Below, piece after piece: positions 12,468 to 23,446 of a stretch of DNA of 64,000 nt. The DNA comes from Dudresnaya verticillata (lineage: Eukaryota): NCBI GenBank assembly GCA_977862235.1, contig OZ374560.1:2542001-2606000 (forward strand), in the 5' to 3' direction. The first letter of the stretch is position 1. Every line of letters starts with the position of its first letter. The notes under the pieces were generated by a model. The model saw only the letters and a list, made by a program, of their open reading frames with translations, was not told where the DNA came from and searched no databases. The position numbers and the translations under genes are program-made.

Positions 12468-13447
12468 TTGGATGAATGCGGTGTTCTGATAGAATATTGT
12501 CACAATGGAAATAGAACCAGAATAATTGTAGGAACAGGGAACGTGAGCAAGTTATCAATCGAGTTGGTAGTCGCAACTTCGAATCGATGCTAAAAGCGGA
12601 ATGAACTGTCGTGATTCTTGCCCTGGGGAATATTGCACCTTGAGCACTTGTGCTGCTTGACAAAGAGAGATGGACATCTCTATTCTCGCATATTGGGAAT
12701 GGTTCTGCACTGGGCTTGAACTCGTTAGAACTCCCTACAATGGGATCCCAACACAATTGCAGCACTGCAGGTTAATTCCCTAAAGAGGGGCATGTCGGGG
12801 AAACACTTGCTGAATTGGCAACGATAAAGGCAGCCCGCTGGTGTCGGACGACGACGACGAGGGACGCCACTCCTCATCCACACGGTGACTTTCCCCGCCA
12901 CTTTGCCAACCTCAGCCTTTCCCTTTCTCTACCTCTGTTTTTGCTTTCGCATTCGCCATCTTTCTCTTCGACGGCGGACGCCGCTATACCTCACAGAAGC
13001 CCGACAAAGTTCCTTGCATCTGCAGTCCACTATCACTTTGGTAAGATCCTGCCGCTGCTATTGGCGTTCGGAGCCCGGCGCTGCTGCAGGTACCTCACTA
13101 GTCTGGAGGTTAGCCATCTCGTTTCGTCGCTTCGGTAGATTCCTTTGACCTCGGCAGCATACCGGACGAGGAAATAAACGGCAGATCGTGCACCCTCGCC
13201 AAGGGCACCTAGCTATCTAGGACAACCAGGAAAAACTGCAGTTCCTCTCTAGCGAGTAGCTGGTCAAAGCCTTGCAGCGCAACCTCAAGCAGAGCTCCAG
13301 TTTGACTATAAACAACCTTCCCGGCTGAAAGCAAGTCTCTATGACTCTATGAGAGGACTTCACGTTCCTCGCGGCGCAATCTGAATCCCGGTAAGTTTGT
13401 ACACGAGGCCGAAGAGTCCATATCCGGAACCCCTACAGCACAACCTC

Positions 13448-15451
13448 CTATTCATCCACAGTACTGCCATCATCACTTTCGAGAATGTCAGGGCACACAT
13501 CACGGACAAACTCAACAAACTCGTCGCTCAACCCGTCCCGCGCCAGTTCGACTATCGCCTCTTCAGCGTATTCATTATGCAACCCCACCTCACGCGCCAG
13601 CTCCATCACAGCCGCAAACACAACTACAGACCCTCCGCCCCGTCTCGCCTTCCGGCAAACCCTCTTCAAACCGTCAACACATCCCACCTCTACGTCCGAA
13701 GCTCCGACGCAGTACAAAAAAGTCGCCATCATCACGTCCTTCTCTACAACACCCGCCACACCAACCTCGTACAGCCCCGCAACCACGCGGAACACATGCA
13801 TTTTAACCGCATCGACGGCCTTAAGCGCCACAGCCTGAGCCTCCATTTCCCTGGACAAGCCCTGAAAGGCAGCGCAACGCACATGATACACCGCATTTCC
13901 TTCCTCGCCACGCGCAACTCTCCCGAGCGCCTCGGCAGCCCTCTCCTCCCCTTTACAAGTCTCCACCAGCAGCGGAACCGCGCGGCCAGCGTCGCACCGC
14001 AAACCATTGCACCCCGTCAGCAGTAACAGGCCCAGCTGCAACTTGGCTACCTCATCACCGGCTTGCGCTGCCTCCTCCAGTCTGTTGACAGCTGCGGCCA
14101 CCAGCCGCAGTTCAACAGGCGCGTCCCCGCATAAATATTCGCAAACAAGCTGCACCGCCCGAGTGTCACCGCGTCGTAAAGGCATTTCCACGAGCCGCGT
14201 CACTCGCTCGACGAGCTTGTGGGTACCATCATTGTTCTGTTGCGAATCGAACGAGGCAGCACCTCCCTCGACACTGCCCCTTGCATGCACACGAACGGCT
14301 GTGACTTGACGCAACGTCTCCTCAGCTTCTAGGTCGCCCTTATCGGCGACACGCGAAATAAACGCTATTGCACGCTCAGGCACCTCGCCCTGATCCGTCG
14401 CAAGCACAGAGAGCTGGTATATGCAATGACCACGCGACTCTTCGCACGAGCCGTTGTACGCGCGCATGAGAAGATCGAGGGCGGCATTGCGGTCGTAAAG
14501 AGGGTGGGAGGGCCGGTTCATGAGTGCTGCCAGCTCGAGATTGGCGGGGAAGAACCCGCGGGCCGACGCAGTGCGCACGGCGGCGAGGGCGTGCTGCGCC
14601 GCGGAGGTATGGAAGGTGTCGGGTGTGGAAAAGAGCTTGACGAGCATACGGAGGGCCTTGTGGGAGCGGTGCTCGAGCAGCTCGGACAGGAGCAGCAGGG
14701 CTTGTTGGTCGTCGCGAGGAAGTCCCGGCGCGCCGGAGAGCAGGACTTCGGCCCATGCGAGGCGTGCGTGCGGGCTTGAGTCTCCATGCAGGGCGGAGGG
14801 GTCGATCGCAGCCGCACGGACGGTATTGACAGCGGCGGTGCGTACGGCCGGGTCGCGGTCGTCAAAGAGGTGTTTGAGAGCGTCGAGGGCGTTGTGGGCG
14901 GCACCCGGGGTGCGGAGCAGGCGGGGCAGGAGGGCGAGTGCGGGCGGGAAGCGGCGTTCGGCGCAGAGGTGGCGGGCGAGGGCGAGGCGCGCGTGGGGGT
15001 TTCCTGCGGAGGAGAGCGCGCGCAGCGCGCTCAGCGCGGCGGCGGCGGACGGGGCGGTGGAGGCGGCGTGGCGGGCGAGGTCGGCGACGGCGGCGAAGGC
15101 CGCGGGCGCGGAGGGCGCGGACGCGGCGGCGGAGAGGAGGGCGACTGCGCGGGCCGGGTCGCACGGGGCTTGCGCGGCGTCGGCGGTGAGGAGGGCGCGC
15201 GCGGCGAGCACGGCGGCGTGGGTAGCGCCGGGGTGCGTGGCTGGGGCGGAGAGGAGGCGAGCGCGGGCGCGGGCGCGCGTGGCTGCGGGGAGCGGGGCGC
15301 GGCGCGTGGTGGCTAGGGAGAAGAGGAGCTCGGCGGCGTGGGGGGAGAGGCCGCGAAGGGGGAGGGCGGCCGCGATGGTGGATAGGGCGGCGGCGTCGGG
15401 GTCGGTGGGGTCGGGGCCGGCAGCGTCGGGGTCGGTGCCGGTGGCGGTCAT
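13448..15451 (-). CDS. Sel1-like repeat (SLR) alpha-helical protein
   Basis: SLR-type units AKLQLGLLLLTGCNGLRCDAGRAVPLL, ARLAWAEVLLSGAPGLPRDDQQALLLL and VAGLYEVGVAGVVEKDVMMATFLY. Likely start is the ATG at 15451 (MTATGTDPD); the frame is open to 15508. Confidence 0.8.
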   Translation of the reverse strand: MTATGTDPDAAGPDPTDPDAAALSTIAAALPLRGLSPHAAELLFSLATTRRAPLPAATRARARARLLSAPATHPGATHAAVLAARALLTADAAQAPCDPARAVALLSAAASAPSAPAAFAAVADLARHAASTAPSAAAALSALRALSSAGNPHARLALARHLCAERRFPPALALLPRLLRTPGAAHNALDALKHLFDDRDPAVRTAAVNTVRAAAIDPSALHGDSSPHARLAWAEVLLSGAPGLPRDDQQALLLLSELLEHRSHKALRMLVKLFSTPDTFHTSAAQHALAAVRTASARGFFPANLELAALMNRPSHPLYDRNAALDLLMRAYNGSCEESRGHCIYQLSVLATDQGEVPERAIAFISRVADKGDLEAEETLRQVTAVRVHARGSVEGGAASFDSQQNNDGTHKLVERVTRLVEMPLRRGDTRAVQLVCEYLCGDAPVELRLVAAAVNRLEEAAQAGDEVAKLQLGLLLLTGCNGLRCDAGRAVPLLVETCKGEERAAEALGRVARGEEGNAVYHVRCAAFQGLSREMEAQAVALKAVDAVKMHVFRVVAGLYEVGVAGVVEKDVMMATFLYCVGASDVEVGCVDGLKRVCRKARRGGGSVVVFAAVMELAREVGLHNEYAEEAIVELARDGLSDEFVEFVRDVCPDILESDDGSTVDE

Positions 15452-16035
15452 TTGGCGGGATGTGGGGGAGAGAGCAGACTTCGAAGTGCGCAAAAATAGA
15501 GTCCTCATTCAGTACAATTTTGGACATGACGTCAGGTGGTGGAACGCTCGAGGATATTGCCTTTTGCGTCCGCGACGTCCATATTTCTCAAAGGCCATCC
15601 ACGGACGGACTCGTACGTGTGCGTAGCAGAGGGAGAGAGCGAGCGATGGCTGGCCTCCGCCGCTTGCAATCAAGCCAGACGGGGAAGCTTTACGCAAGGC
15701 TTGGGGCAAGTCCCTCGCGAGCGGCTTGGGCAGCTATGAAAAACTGCTGAGCAACACAGGAAACTCTTGGCGCTAGCTTCGAGATGAGATGATGATCTCT
15801 ACTTGTGTATACGGCAACTCATAACCACGCATTCCCACAGGCTTAATAAAGTGTAACGTGCGGACAGCCGGCGCAACAAAGTAGAGTGACGGCGGCAACC
15901 ACTTTGGGATAAAAAGACCCGTCCTAAAGATGACCTTGCTTAGAGCAATCAAACTTTCAATCTAGCGGGAGAGTCTACTTTACGCACGGAAAAGAAATGT
16001 AGGCGCCTGAGGGGAGACTGCAGAGAGGACGGTGG

Positions 16036-17988
16036 TCAACCTATGTCTGCATGGATCCGCACACTGCACTTGTAATACCTCGAAGAATCCAGTCGGTTGC
16101 TCGACTCTGCCATGGAATAAAACCCCTTTCTCCGTGACAGTTTGTACACGTTCAACCCATTCCCAGGAGCCCAAAAGATCGACTTGCGATCTGTAAGGAA
16201 GCACATCTTACTTGCAAGTTCCTTGGGCAGCATTGACGTAAGTGAATGATTGCTGTCTGCCGTCACGGCAGTCGATGGCAAGAAGGACGTATCCACCGCA
16301 GAGGAGCGACTCACCGCAACCTTTCCTCTATGCAAGCACCCCAGCATCCACTTTGCACTGTCAAGCCCATAGTCCCCGTGAAGAATGCTGCTAATCGCGG
16401 AGCCTCCGTTGTCGTGCGCAATCGCTTCCACGCAGCTGTACTCTGCTTCAATCGCAATAGGCCCCACGGCAACGCTCTTCATTCCCGACAGTAGCCTGCG
16501 AGCTTTGGCCACCATGTTGTTCTTCGTGACTATCAAGGCGCCATGCCCGGTGATGAACGCCTTGAACTTCTTCTTGTCACGCTTTCGCACCAGCGCTCTC
16601 AAGTCCTCCACCTCACTCCCAATTTCAAGCTTCCCGTCCTCCCACTGCCGAGCAGTTATTCCCTGAGCCGTCCGCACTAAAGACTTGAGTTTGCGGTAGT
16701 CACCAAGTTGCACGCTGTGGTGTCCAACAAACGCAACATCTTGAATATCTTGCTCAGAAAGCGGCTCAACGTCCAGGTCCTCGAACTCTGGTTGCCTGGA
16801 GAGAACGTCCATCAAAACCTTTGCCACCCCATGGTTCACGCAATCTGCGTGGACTTCTTCGGCTTGCCATTTATCAATGATATCAAACACCCATTGATTG
16901 CATTCCATGTAGCCGATCACACTTTCTCTCTCCTCCCTTCTGACGTGCATCACAATTTGCGCCACCCTGAATAGCACTTCTTTGTCGTCAATGTCGAGAC
17001 CCTTGAAATGTTTCCCCATAAAGCTATACACCTCAAGCCCCCAACAAGCAGCCAGGTCTGCAACAGCCTCTATGTGCTGCGCTGTTAATGGCATCGGCTC
17101 GTTTGGAACAAGTGCCATTTCCACAACGGCTTGGACCTCCGGTTCAACCAGCTCCGAGATGAACTGGAGATTGTCTCGCAGAGAGTCCAACTTTCGCAAC
17201 TGCAGAGCTGCCAAGAAGACATCCCACATTGCTCGCGAGAAGAATATGTCTCGAAGTTCCTCCCAACAGTGCTGTTTCCAAAAAGCAACGACGGCGTTCG
17301 CTCTGATGAGCCACGTCATGGCGTGAATCTCTCTAGGCGCATCTGGCGGCGGGACCTGAAGAGTAAACGAGGACATTGCGTAGACGGCGGCATCGCATCG
17401 GTCTTCAATCCAAATGTTGTCCCTTCTGTCTTTCACAAGCGGCTGTCCCGCCATCTTCCATCCATCAAAGCCCACAACGGAGACGTTTTGCAGACCTTCT
17501 GCTTTGTAGTGGCGCATGGAAAATTCCATCATGGGAGAGTGCTCCTCGATCCTATACGCCCACGCAACAAGATGGTCGCTCAAAATGTCCGCCGCATGCC
17601 TTGGGCGATGCTCTGCAGAAAAGCACATTTCCAAGCGGTACGCCGACTTGAGCCGAGATTGATCGAGGTCGACCTCGGGAATGGACCTGCCCTTTTCCGA
17701 TATGAACTTCATCGCGGCGGACGGGTCGCGGAACGCCGGGATGTCCACGTAGCGGTGGCCGCGGATGTTGAGAGCGTCAGCGCGGGTGAGCGCGGACACG
17801 ATGGCGGGGCAGTGCGCCGGGAACGCGCCCGCAAGGCTGCTGACGAGGTGGTAGGCATGCACGGGGAAGTGGTGCGGCATGGCGGACCAGGCAGACTCGG
17901 ATGGGAACAGCGGCTGGCGTGGGTCGTGCGTGTCGGGGGAGAGGTGCAGGTCGGACGCGTCCGGCGGTCTGTCGGTGTAGTGGCTCAT
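16036..17988 (-). CDS. Hypothetical protein, 650 aa, no recognised domain
   Basis: Long uninterrupted ATG-initiated ORF with globular composition and a GC-rich 5' end like neighbouring genes. Confidence 0.8.
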   Translation of the reverse strand: MSHYTDRPPDASDLHLSPDTHDPRQPLFPSESAWSAMPHHFPVHAYHLVSSLAGAFPAHCPAIVSALTRADALNIRGHRYVDIPAFRDPSAAMKFISEKGRSIPEVDLDQSRLKSAYRLEMCFSAEHRPRHAADILSDHLVAWAYRIEEHSPMMEFSMRHYKAEGLQNVSVVGFDGWKMAGQPLVKDRRDNIWIEDRCDAAVYAMSSFTLQVPPPDAPREIHAMTWLIRANAVVAFWKQHCWEELRDIFFSRAMWDVFLAALQLRKLDSLRDNLQFISELVEPEVQAVVEMALVPNEPMPLTAQHIEAVADLAACWGLEVYSFMGKHFKGLDIDDKEVLFRVAQIVMHVRREERESVIGYMECNQWVFDIIDKWQAEEVHADCVNHGVAKVLMDVLSRQPEFEDLDVEPLSEQDIQDVAFVGHHSVQLGDYRKLKSLVRTAQGITARQWEDGKLEIGSEVEDLRALVRKRDKKKFKAFITGHGALIVTKNNMVAKARRLLSGMKSVAVGPIAIEAEYSCVEAIAHDNGGSAISSILHGDYGLDSAKWMLGCLHRGKVAVSRSSAVDTSFLPSTAVTADSNHSLTSMLPKELASKMCFLTDRKSIFWAPGNGLNVYKLSRRKGFYSMAESSNRLDSSRYYKCSVRIHADIG

Positions 17989-20201
17989 TGGGATGTGGGG
18001 GCTGTTCTGCGGGCGGGCGTGGCGTGGCGGGGCGGGGCGGTTGGGGCGGCGGCTGAGGGTGGAACGGTGCGGTGGGCGGGTGTGTGTGTGACGGGTTGTT
18101 GTGGCTTGTTGTGCGTTTGGGTTCGGGGGTGCAAGGGTTGGATGGGGTTATGTTGTGACTCGGAAGTTGTGAAGATGTGCGTTGCAGGCACGGGGCATTG
18201 CCAACATGTACAATGGTTTGGTTTGGCCTCCTTTCCGCGTTGTTCTTTCCCGTCCGGAGAGGAATGTAGAAGTCGGTAGGTACGGCATCCGATGCTTCGT
18301 TGCGTGGGCGGATGGGCGAGTGCGCACAGCAATGCGGCATGTGGGAGGGGCTTTGAGCTACAAGCTCTGCTCGGCCAATGGGTGCCACCTTTTGTTCAAA
18401 GGGAGAGCGCACTTGCGCAAGTGGTAGAGCTTTGTGATGACAATGCTGCGAAGCGGCGCAAAAGGGGCTTCTTGTGAATCTTCCGAACAAAGGGATACTC
18501 TCAAGCTGTATCCCGTATAGCTTTGCGCGGCAATGCATTGCTGCAGAGCTGCGAGCAGCGACGGCATTATACCCCGGTCCCTAATGATGTTCCGAATGGC
18601 GAGAAAGAAACGTGCTTGTTGTGCCCAGTGCGCACGCACGGGTCTCGAGTTGCCGGGCGAGTGGCTGGGAAGCCGAAAAAGGAGTTTGTGAGCGCCCCAG
18701 CCGTACGCTCCGCGGTTTTGGCGTTTCTGCATTGTCATCCGCAATGAGGCTCCGTCGGGTCTTTACAACTGCATCTTCTCCGGCGTCTTGTTCCACAACG
18801 TTGCTGCGGCAGACACCGCGGTGCAACTGCACATACCGTGCATCAACGCACACGTTGCCGCGGCACACGGCACGCACGACTGTGCCGTTACGCAAGCAAG
18901 TTGAGGTATTGTAAGGGACCTTTGCCGTATGTCTACATCTCAACAAACATCCGTACAGGTGCCCTCGCAACGCCTCCAAGTCAGCCTTTTCTACTCTCGG
19001 AGCGGAGCATTGCGCGGAAGCTCGCAGAACGAATACACATCCCTGCCGCCACTTGTGCGTCGCCTGCGTTACCTTGACCTGCCCCCGCCGCCTTACCTTT
19101 GCCGCATGCGCCGCCATTACATCACCGATAGACCTGTCTGTGCTTCCTGGTGCAGTACCGTTTCGTGCTAGTCAGACTGGTTGTTGTATGTCGTATGCGG
19201 AGTTACCATACGCATTGCGTACAGCCTGGTGCACACCGTACGGTTGTACATATCCATCAACCGATTATCAAAGTTCTGTATTGTACTGACTGTCTATAGC
19301 AAAGGCAGCGCGACCCCGACCGGACGGTAAGTGAGCTCCGAGAGGGCAGAGGGGAGCGACCTTGCCTCCATTGAGCGCGATCCGAATCCTTCAACCGCGT
19401 CACCAGTATCCATAAATGCTTTATGCTTTATGCTTTCGTAAAGTGACGTTTACCGGTATCCGACAGCTCAAGAGGCAGAGTTTGCCACACGACACAAGAC
19501 CGGCAGCTGTTCCCACCTTCCGAGACGCCCGCGACCCAATTCCTTCCAATCCCGTGAGTCAGCCGCTTTCCCTCGCTTTTGCACAGGTCGAAATCATGCC
19601 CGCCATCGCCAAGCCATGGCCCAGCATGAGCGGTTACACGTCTCGTTCGCCGAGCTGCCGATCAGCGCGCCAGGGGAGTCGAGTGGAGGTACGCGTACCC
19701 TTCTTTTGCGTTTTGCGCTGCTCTGAAGATAGCGTCGGTCGCAACGCGCGTGTGCCTCGAGCGCTTTGCCAAGCGTTATTCAAAGTGTGAGCAAGTGAGA
19801 CCGCAGCATATGGTTAACGCCAACATCATCGTCAACATCACAAGAGTGGCAACTTGATACTTTTTCGAACGGCTTTGTTCGCATCATCTCTCTAATAATG
19901 AGCACCACAAGCATTTTCAGAAACGGCACGTCGCTTGGCGGTAGATACAGTACGCGATGGTCGCGCAACAAGCGCTCCATCGACTATCTATCGCACAAGC
20001 GCGTCTGTTCGAGGGGCGCGATTAACATTTAATGTACGCCGCCCTTACGCTCCGCATTCTCTCCCCCTCCACTCCATAGTCATCGACGCAGCAGGTGCAA
20101 CTCGCAAAAGCCGCCACCATGCCGCCAACTCCATACCCCATCTCGCAACCCCGCCCGGAACCCCATTCCCCGACACGCCGCGCGCCGCGCAAACCCCCGC
20201 A

Positions 20202-22143
20202 ATGGCCCCCGCATCCCCCCCGCCTTCGCGCCCTCCCCGCCTCCTCCGCCTCCGCCTCCTCCGCCTCCGCCTCCTCCTCCATCTCCCCCTCGCCCAGCTC
20301 GTGCTCGCTCTCTCGCCCCCGCCACCCGCGCTCGCGCTCCCAGCCACCGACGTCTGCGTCCTGGGCGGCGGCTCCTCCGGCACGCATCTCGCCTTCCGCG
20401 CCGCCGAGAAAGCCGTGTCCGAGGCCGCGTTCGAGCCGGCGCACTACCTCGGCGGCCACTGCCGCTCGCTCACGCTGCCGGTGTCGCCCTCCTCGCGCCG
20501 CCGCGTCCCGGTCGGCGCCGTCCTCGTCGCGGGCGACGCTCGCGTCAGCCTCGCCGCGCTGTGCCGCGGCCGGCGCGGCCGCGGCCGGCCGGGCTGGTCG
20601 ACTTCACCACGGGCCAAGTCCTCGCGCGGCCTCCGCCGTCACCCGAGGGCTTTGCTGCCGTTCGCGCCGCGGCGCGCAAGTTTGTCGAGCTGTACAATCG
20701 CAAGTACTTCTACTACGAAACCACCGCCACGTACCCCGACGTCGCGCGCATCCCAAAGGAACACCTCGATGAGCTCTCGCTGCCGTTTCAGGCCTTCCTG
20801 TAGCGCCACGACCTCCTCGCGCTCGCGCCGTTTGTAGACCCGCTCCTGCTTAACGGTGTTGCGTTCAGGTTGCGTTCAGTAAGCAGATCCGGTTTGAGAC
20901 GGGTTTTCTATTCATGACGTGGTTTCGTTTTGCTACATGGACTCGGTTGACTACGTGGTTTCCGTGTATAATACGGTTTCGGTTGACTATGTGGTTTACG
21001 TTTTGTGGCATGGTTTCGGTTCGGAAAATGATTTGCGTTTCTCGCAATGTGCCTTCAGCGTGCTTTCGCTTCACATAAAGATAAATAGCTAGTGCCCAGT
21101 GGTAGAAGAGTAAAGAGGCACTCAGTGTCAAGACTTCAACGAGAGCATGAACTTGGTGTTCAACAAGGATCCGCAACAACGGCCTCGGGACGCGCTACGA
21201 TGTGCCCACCTTCTACGCTCTCAAGGTCTTCAACACGTGCCCGCTGCCCGTCGTCCTCCCAGCACTCAAGCCGCAAGATACCAGGCTCAAGGACTCTATT
21301 TACTTTCCCACTCAAGGCTGCTCTGGTGTGTACTCGGGAATGGCAGACTTTATCAAGCAAGCAAGCACTAAAAATACCATTATGCTCAACACCAACATCG
21401 TCCGAGTCCGTCGCTTTGCGCATAATCCCAAAAAGCCACCACGCCTGTCGCTCGTCACGGTCCGCAGCAAAGGCGCTTCTGCCTCGAAAACCTTTGCTTG
21501 CCGCGCCGTCGTCGGCGCATTTCCGCAAAAGACGACCTCGCTCCGCTCCATGATGAAACTATCGCGCGCTGAGCGGCGTGCCTTTGGGCAGCTCACGTGG
21601 AATTCGTATTACAATACTGTGTGGAAAGTTCGTGGAATGTTTAGAGGCAAGAACGGCGGGGATTTCTCCATTTCTCAGTTCAACGCTTCCTCGGACCGTG
21701 CTCCAGACCTCTCCGTTCGTTTCCCGGCATCCGTGTCGCTACCAACCCTGCTTACCGATGATCGCAGCAACATTTCGTATATAGACGTGCTCCGATCGTA
21801 TACAGGGAGGTTTGAAGGCGGTGACGACAGTGTGGTCATGACTTTGAGACAGGAGCTGCCGCGTGTGCAACGACCATTTTCAGATAGCACCAGAACTGGA
21901 ATAAGGTTTAAGGGAAAACCGGTGTTTGTCGATGAGCACTTGTACAATTTAAGGCCGAAACGATTCCGGCTAGTTGTTCAGGGCCTTTACAACCGGCTGT
22001 ACAGACTTCAAGGACTTCGCGGGACGTTCTACGTAGGTGCGCTGTATGCGTCGAACAACCAAAACACGATCTGGCAGTACAATGAACAAGTGATGGAGAA
22101 AAACATGTTGCCGTACCTCGGCAGGTTCAAGAAGGCAGCGTAG
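20202..22143 (+). pseudogene. Pseudogenised copy of a secreted flavin-dependent (amine-oxidase-like) oxidoreductase
   Basis: Paralog of 23447-25042 (VCVLGGGSSG FAD motif). Frameshifting deletion near 20560-20600, in-frame TAG at 20801-20803, and a 322-bp insertion at 20857-21178. Confidence 0.88.
20857..21178. mobile_element. Solo-LTR-like insertion with Copia-like ends
   Basis: Ends TGTTGCG...CGCAACA. TSD ACGG at 20853-20856 and 21179-21182. Removal restores LNGLGTRYDVPTFY, matching LNGIGSRYDVPTFY in the paralog. Confidence 0.85.
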
Positions 22144-22681
22144 TGAGGGGGGGTTGATGGCACTACGGATGTGGCTCATGGGACGGCTGTTGATAATTTT
22201 GTTGAAAGCAGCCTCCTGTTTTGCAAGTAAGATACAGTATAGGGAGGTGAGACAAACAATAGTTGACAATCTCGTTTGCTGCAATTCCATTGCAGCGCCA
22301 CAGTGGTTTGGATCAGGTTGCATCCTGAAAACACGACGTGTGCTTGTTCGTAAGTGCTGTAGTAGTCGTACAAGCCATGTCGATTCAGCGACGTGGTGCG
22401 GCGCAGATGAGGTGGGACGCCAATGGGTGTATGGAAGTGGGAAAGTGAAACTGGGCTGGTGCGGTAGTTTCAAGTCGAGAGATTTGCACTTTGCAATGGC
22501 GGATTGCATACATCCTCTCCCGGAAAGTTGCTGTGCCATAAGATACACCTTCCCGCAGAGTATCTTGCTGCCAATCGCGCAGGTGCGAGGCTGGTCCGGA
22601 AGGCGCGCGCCGTGACATGAGCCGTTTCTGCGAGACTCGCTGCTCCAAGCTTGTGATGCTGTTCTTTAATTGTTGTTTATA

Positions 22682-22990
22682 GTGATGCTTCATGTTTATT
22701 GATTGTTTTAGGTGGTCCTGCGCGGGCGACAAAGGCCCATTCGCAGGCGCACCGGCCCTAGGCCCGGCAAGGGCTGGGCGCGTTGCCCGTGTTGCCCGTG
22801 TGACTTAAGGGGGTGGGTGGGAGGCGGCGTGGGGAAGGGTATTTATTCCCTCTCACACAGCTGACGGATGGCGTCCATAGCCAAGATGATATTGCCATCA
22901 GGTCCGAAGAGGAAGGGGTATCCAGTGATAGTTTCTGTAGCAGTCTAGCAGGTGGTCCTACGCGGGCAGCTGAGGCCCATGTGCAGGCGA
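22682..22990 (-). mobile_element. Two tandem 3' fragments of a LINE-like family (C-terminal coding stub plus stem-loop tail)
   Basis: Minus strand encodes ...MDAIRQLCERE* and then the tail GCCTGCGAATGGGCCTTTGTCGCCCGCGCAGGACCACC...AATAAA...CATCAC. A second, more degenerate tail lies at ~22924-22990. Confidence 0.65.
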
Positions 22991-23446
22991 ACAACGTCAC
23001 GATCTGCTCTAAGCTTGTACTACATGTACTTGTACTTGTACTGCTTGTACCGCACCGCGGGCCAATGGCGCTTGCTCATAGCGTTCCGCCTCGCGCTGTC
23101 GGCCAATGGCGTCGTCGCGCTGCATGCTCGTGCTGTATGACGCGTGCTCGTACTGTATGACCTTAGCGCTCGTCGCTGCGCAGCAGCCGCCCGCGCGGAA
23201 AGCTCCCAAATCGCAAATCGCATAATGCATTTTCAAGGGCGAGAGCCTTCCGAAACCCTACGCCCAAACAGCACAATGAACAACATCACAATGTGCCCTT
23301 TTACTCGTCCGCGCCGTCGGGCCGAAACCACCTTCATAGAGCTCTATGAAGGTGGTTTCGTTTCAACCACCCCAAGCCCCGCATTGCCCCTCCCCAACAT
23401 CAACAACCCTTCCCCCCCCCCCCCCCCCCCCCCCCCGCACACCGCA

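Noticed and set aside
14376..15626. Long overlapping and antisense ORFs (e.g. 14520-15626 plus)
   Set aside because: Shadow frames of the very GC-rich SLR gene. The same applies at 17131-18279, 20-24 kb and 47 kb.
23144..23446. N-terminal extension of the oxidoreductase ORF
   Set aside because: Non-ATG start running through the poly-C tract. The signal peptide begins at ATG 23447. The 37255-37527 extension is rejected for the same reason.
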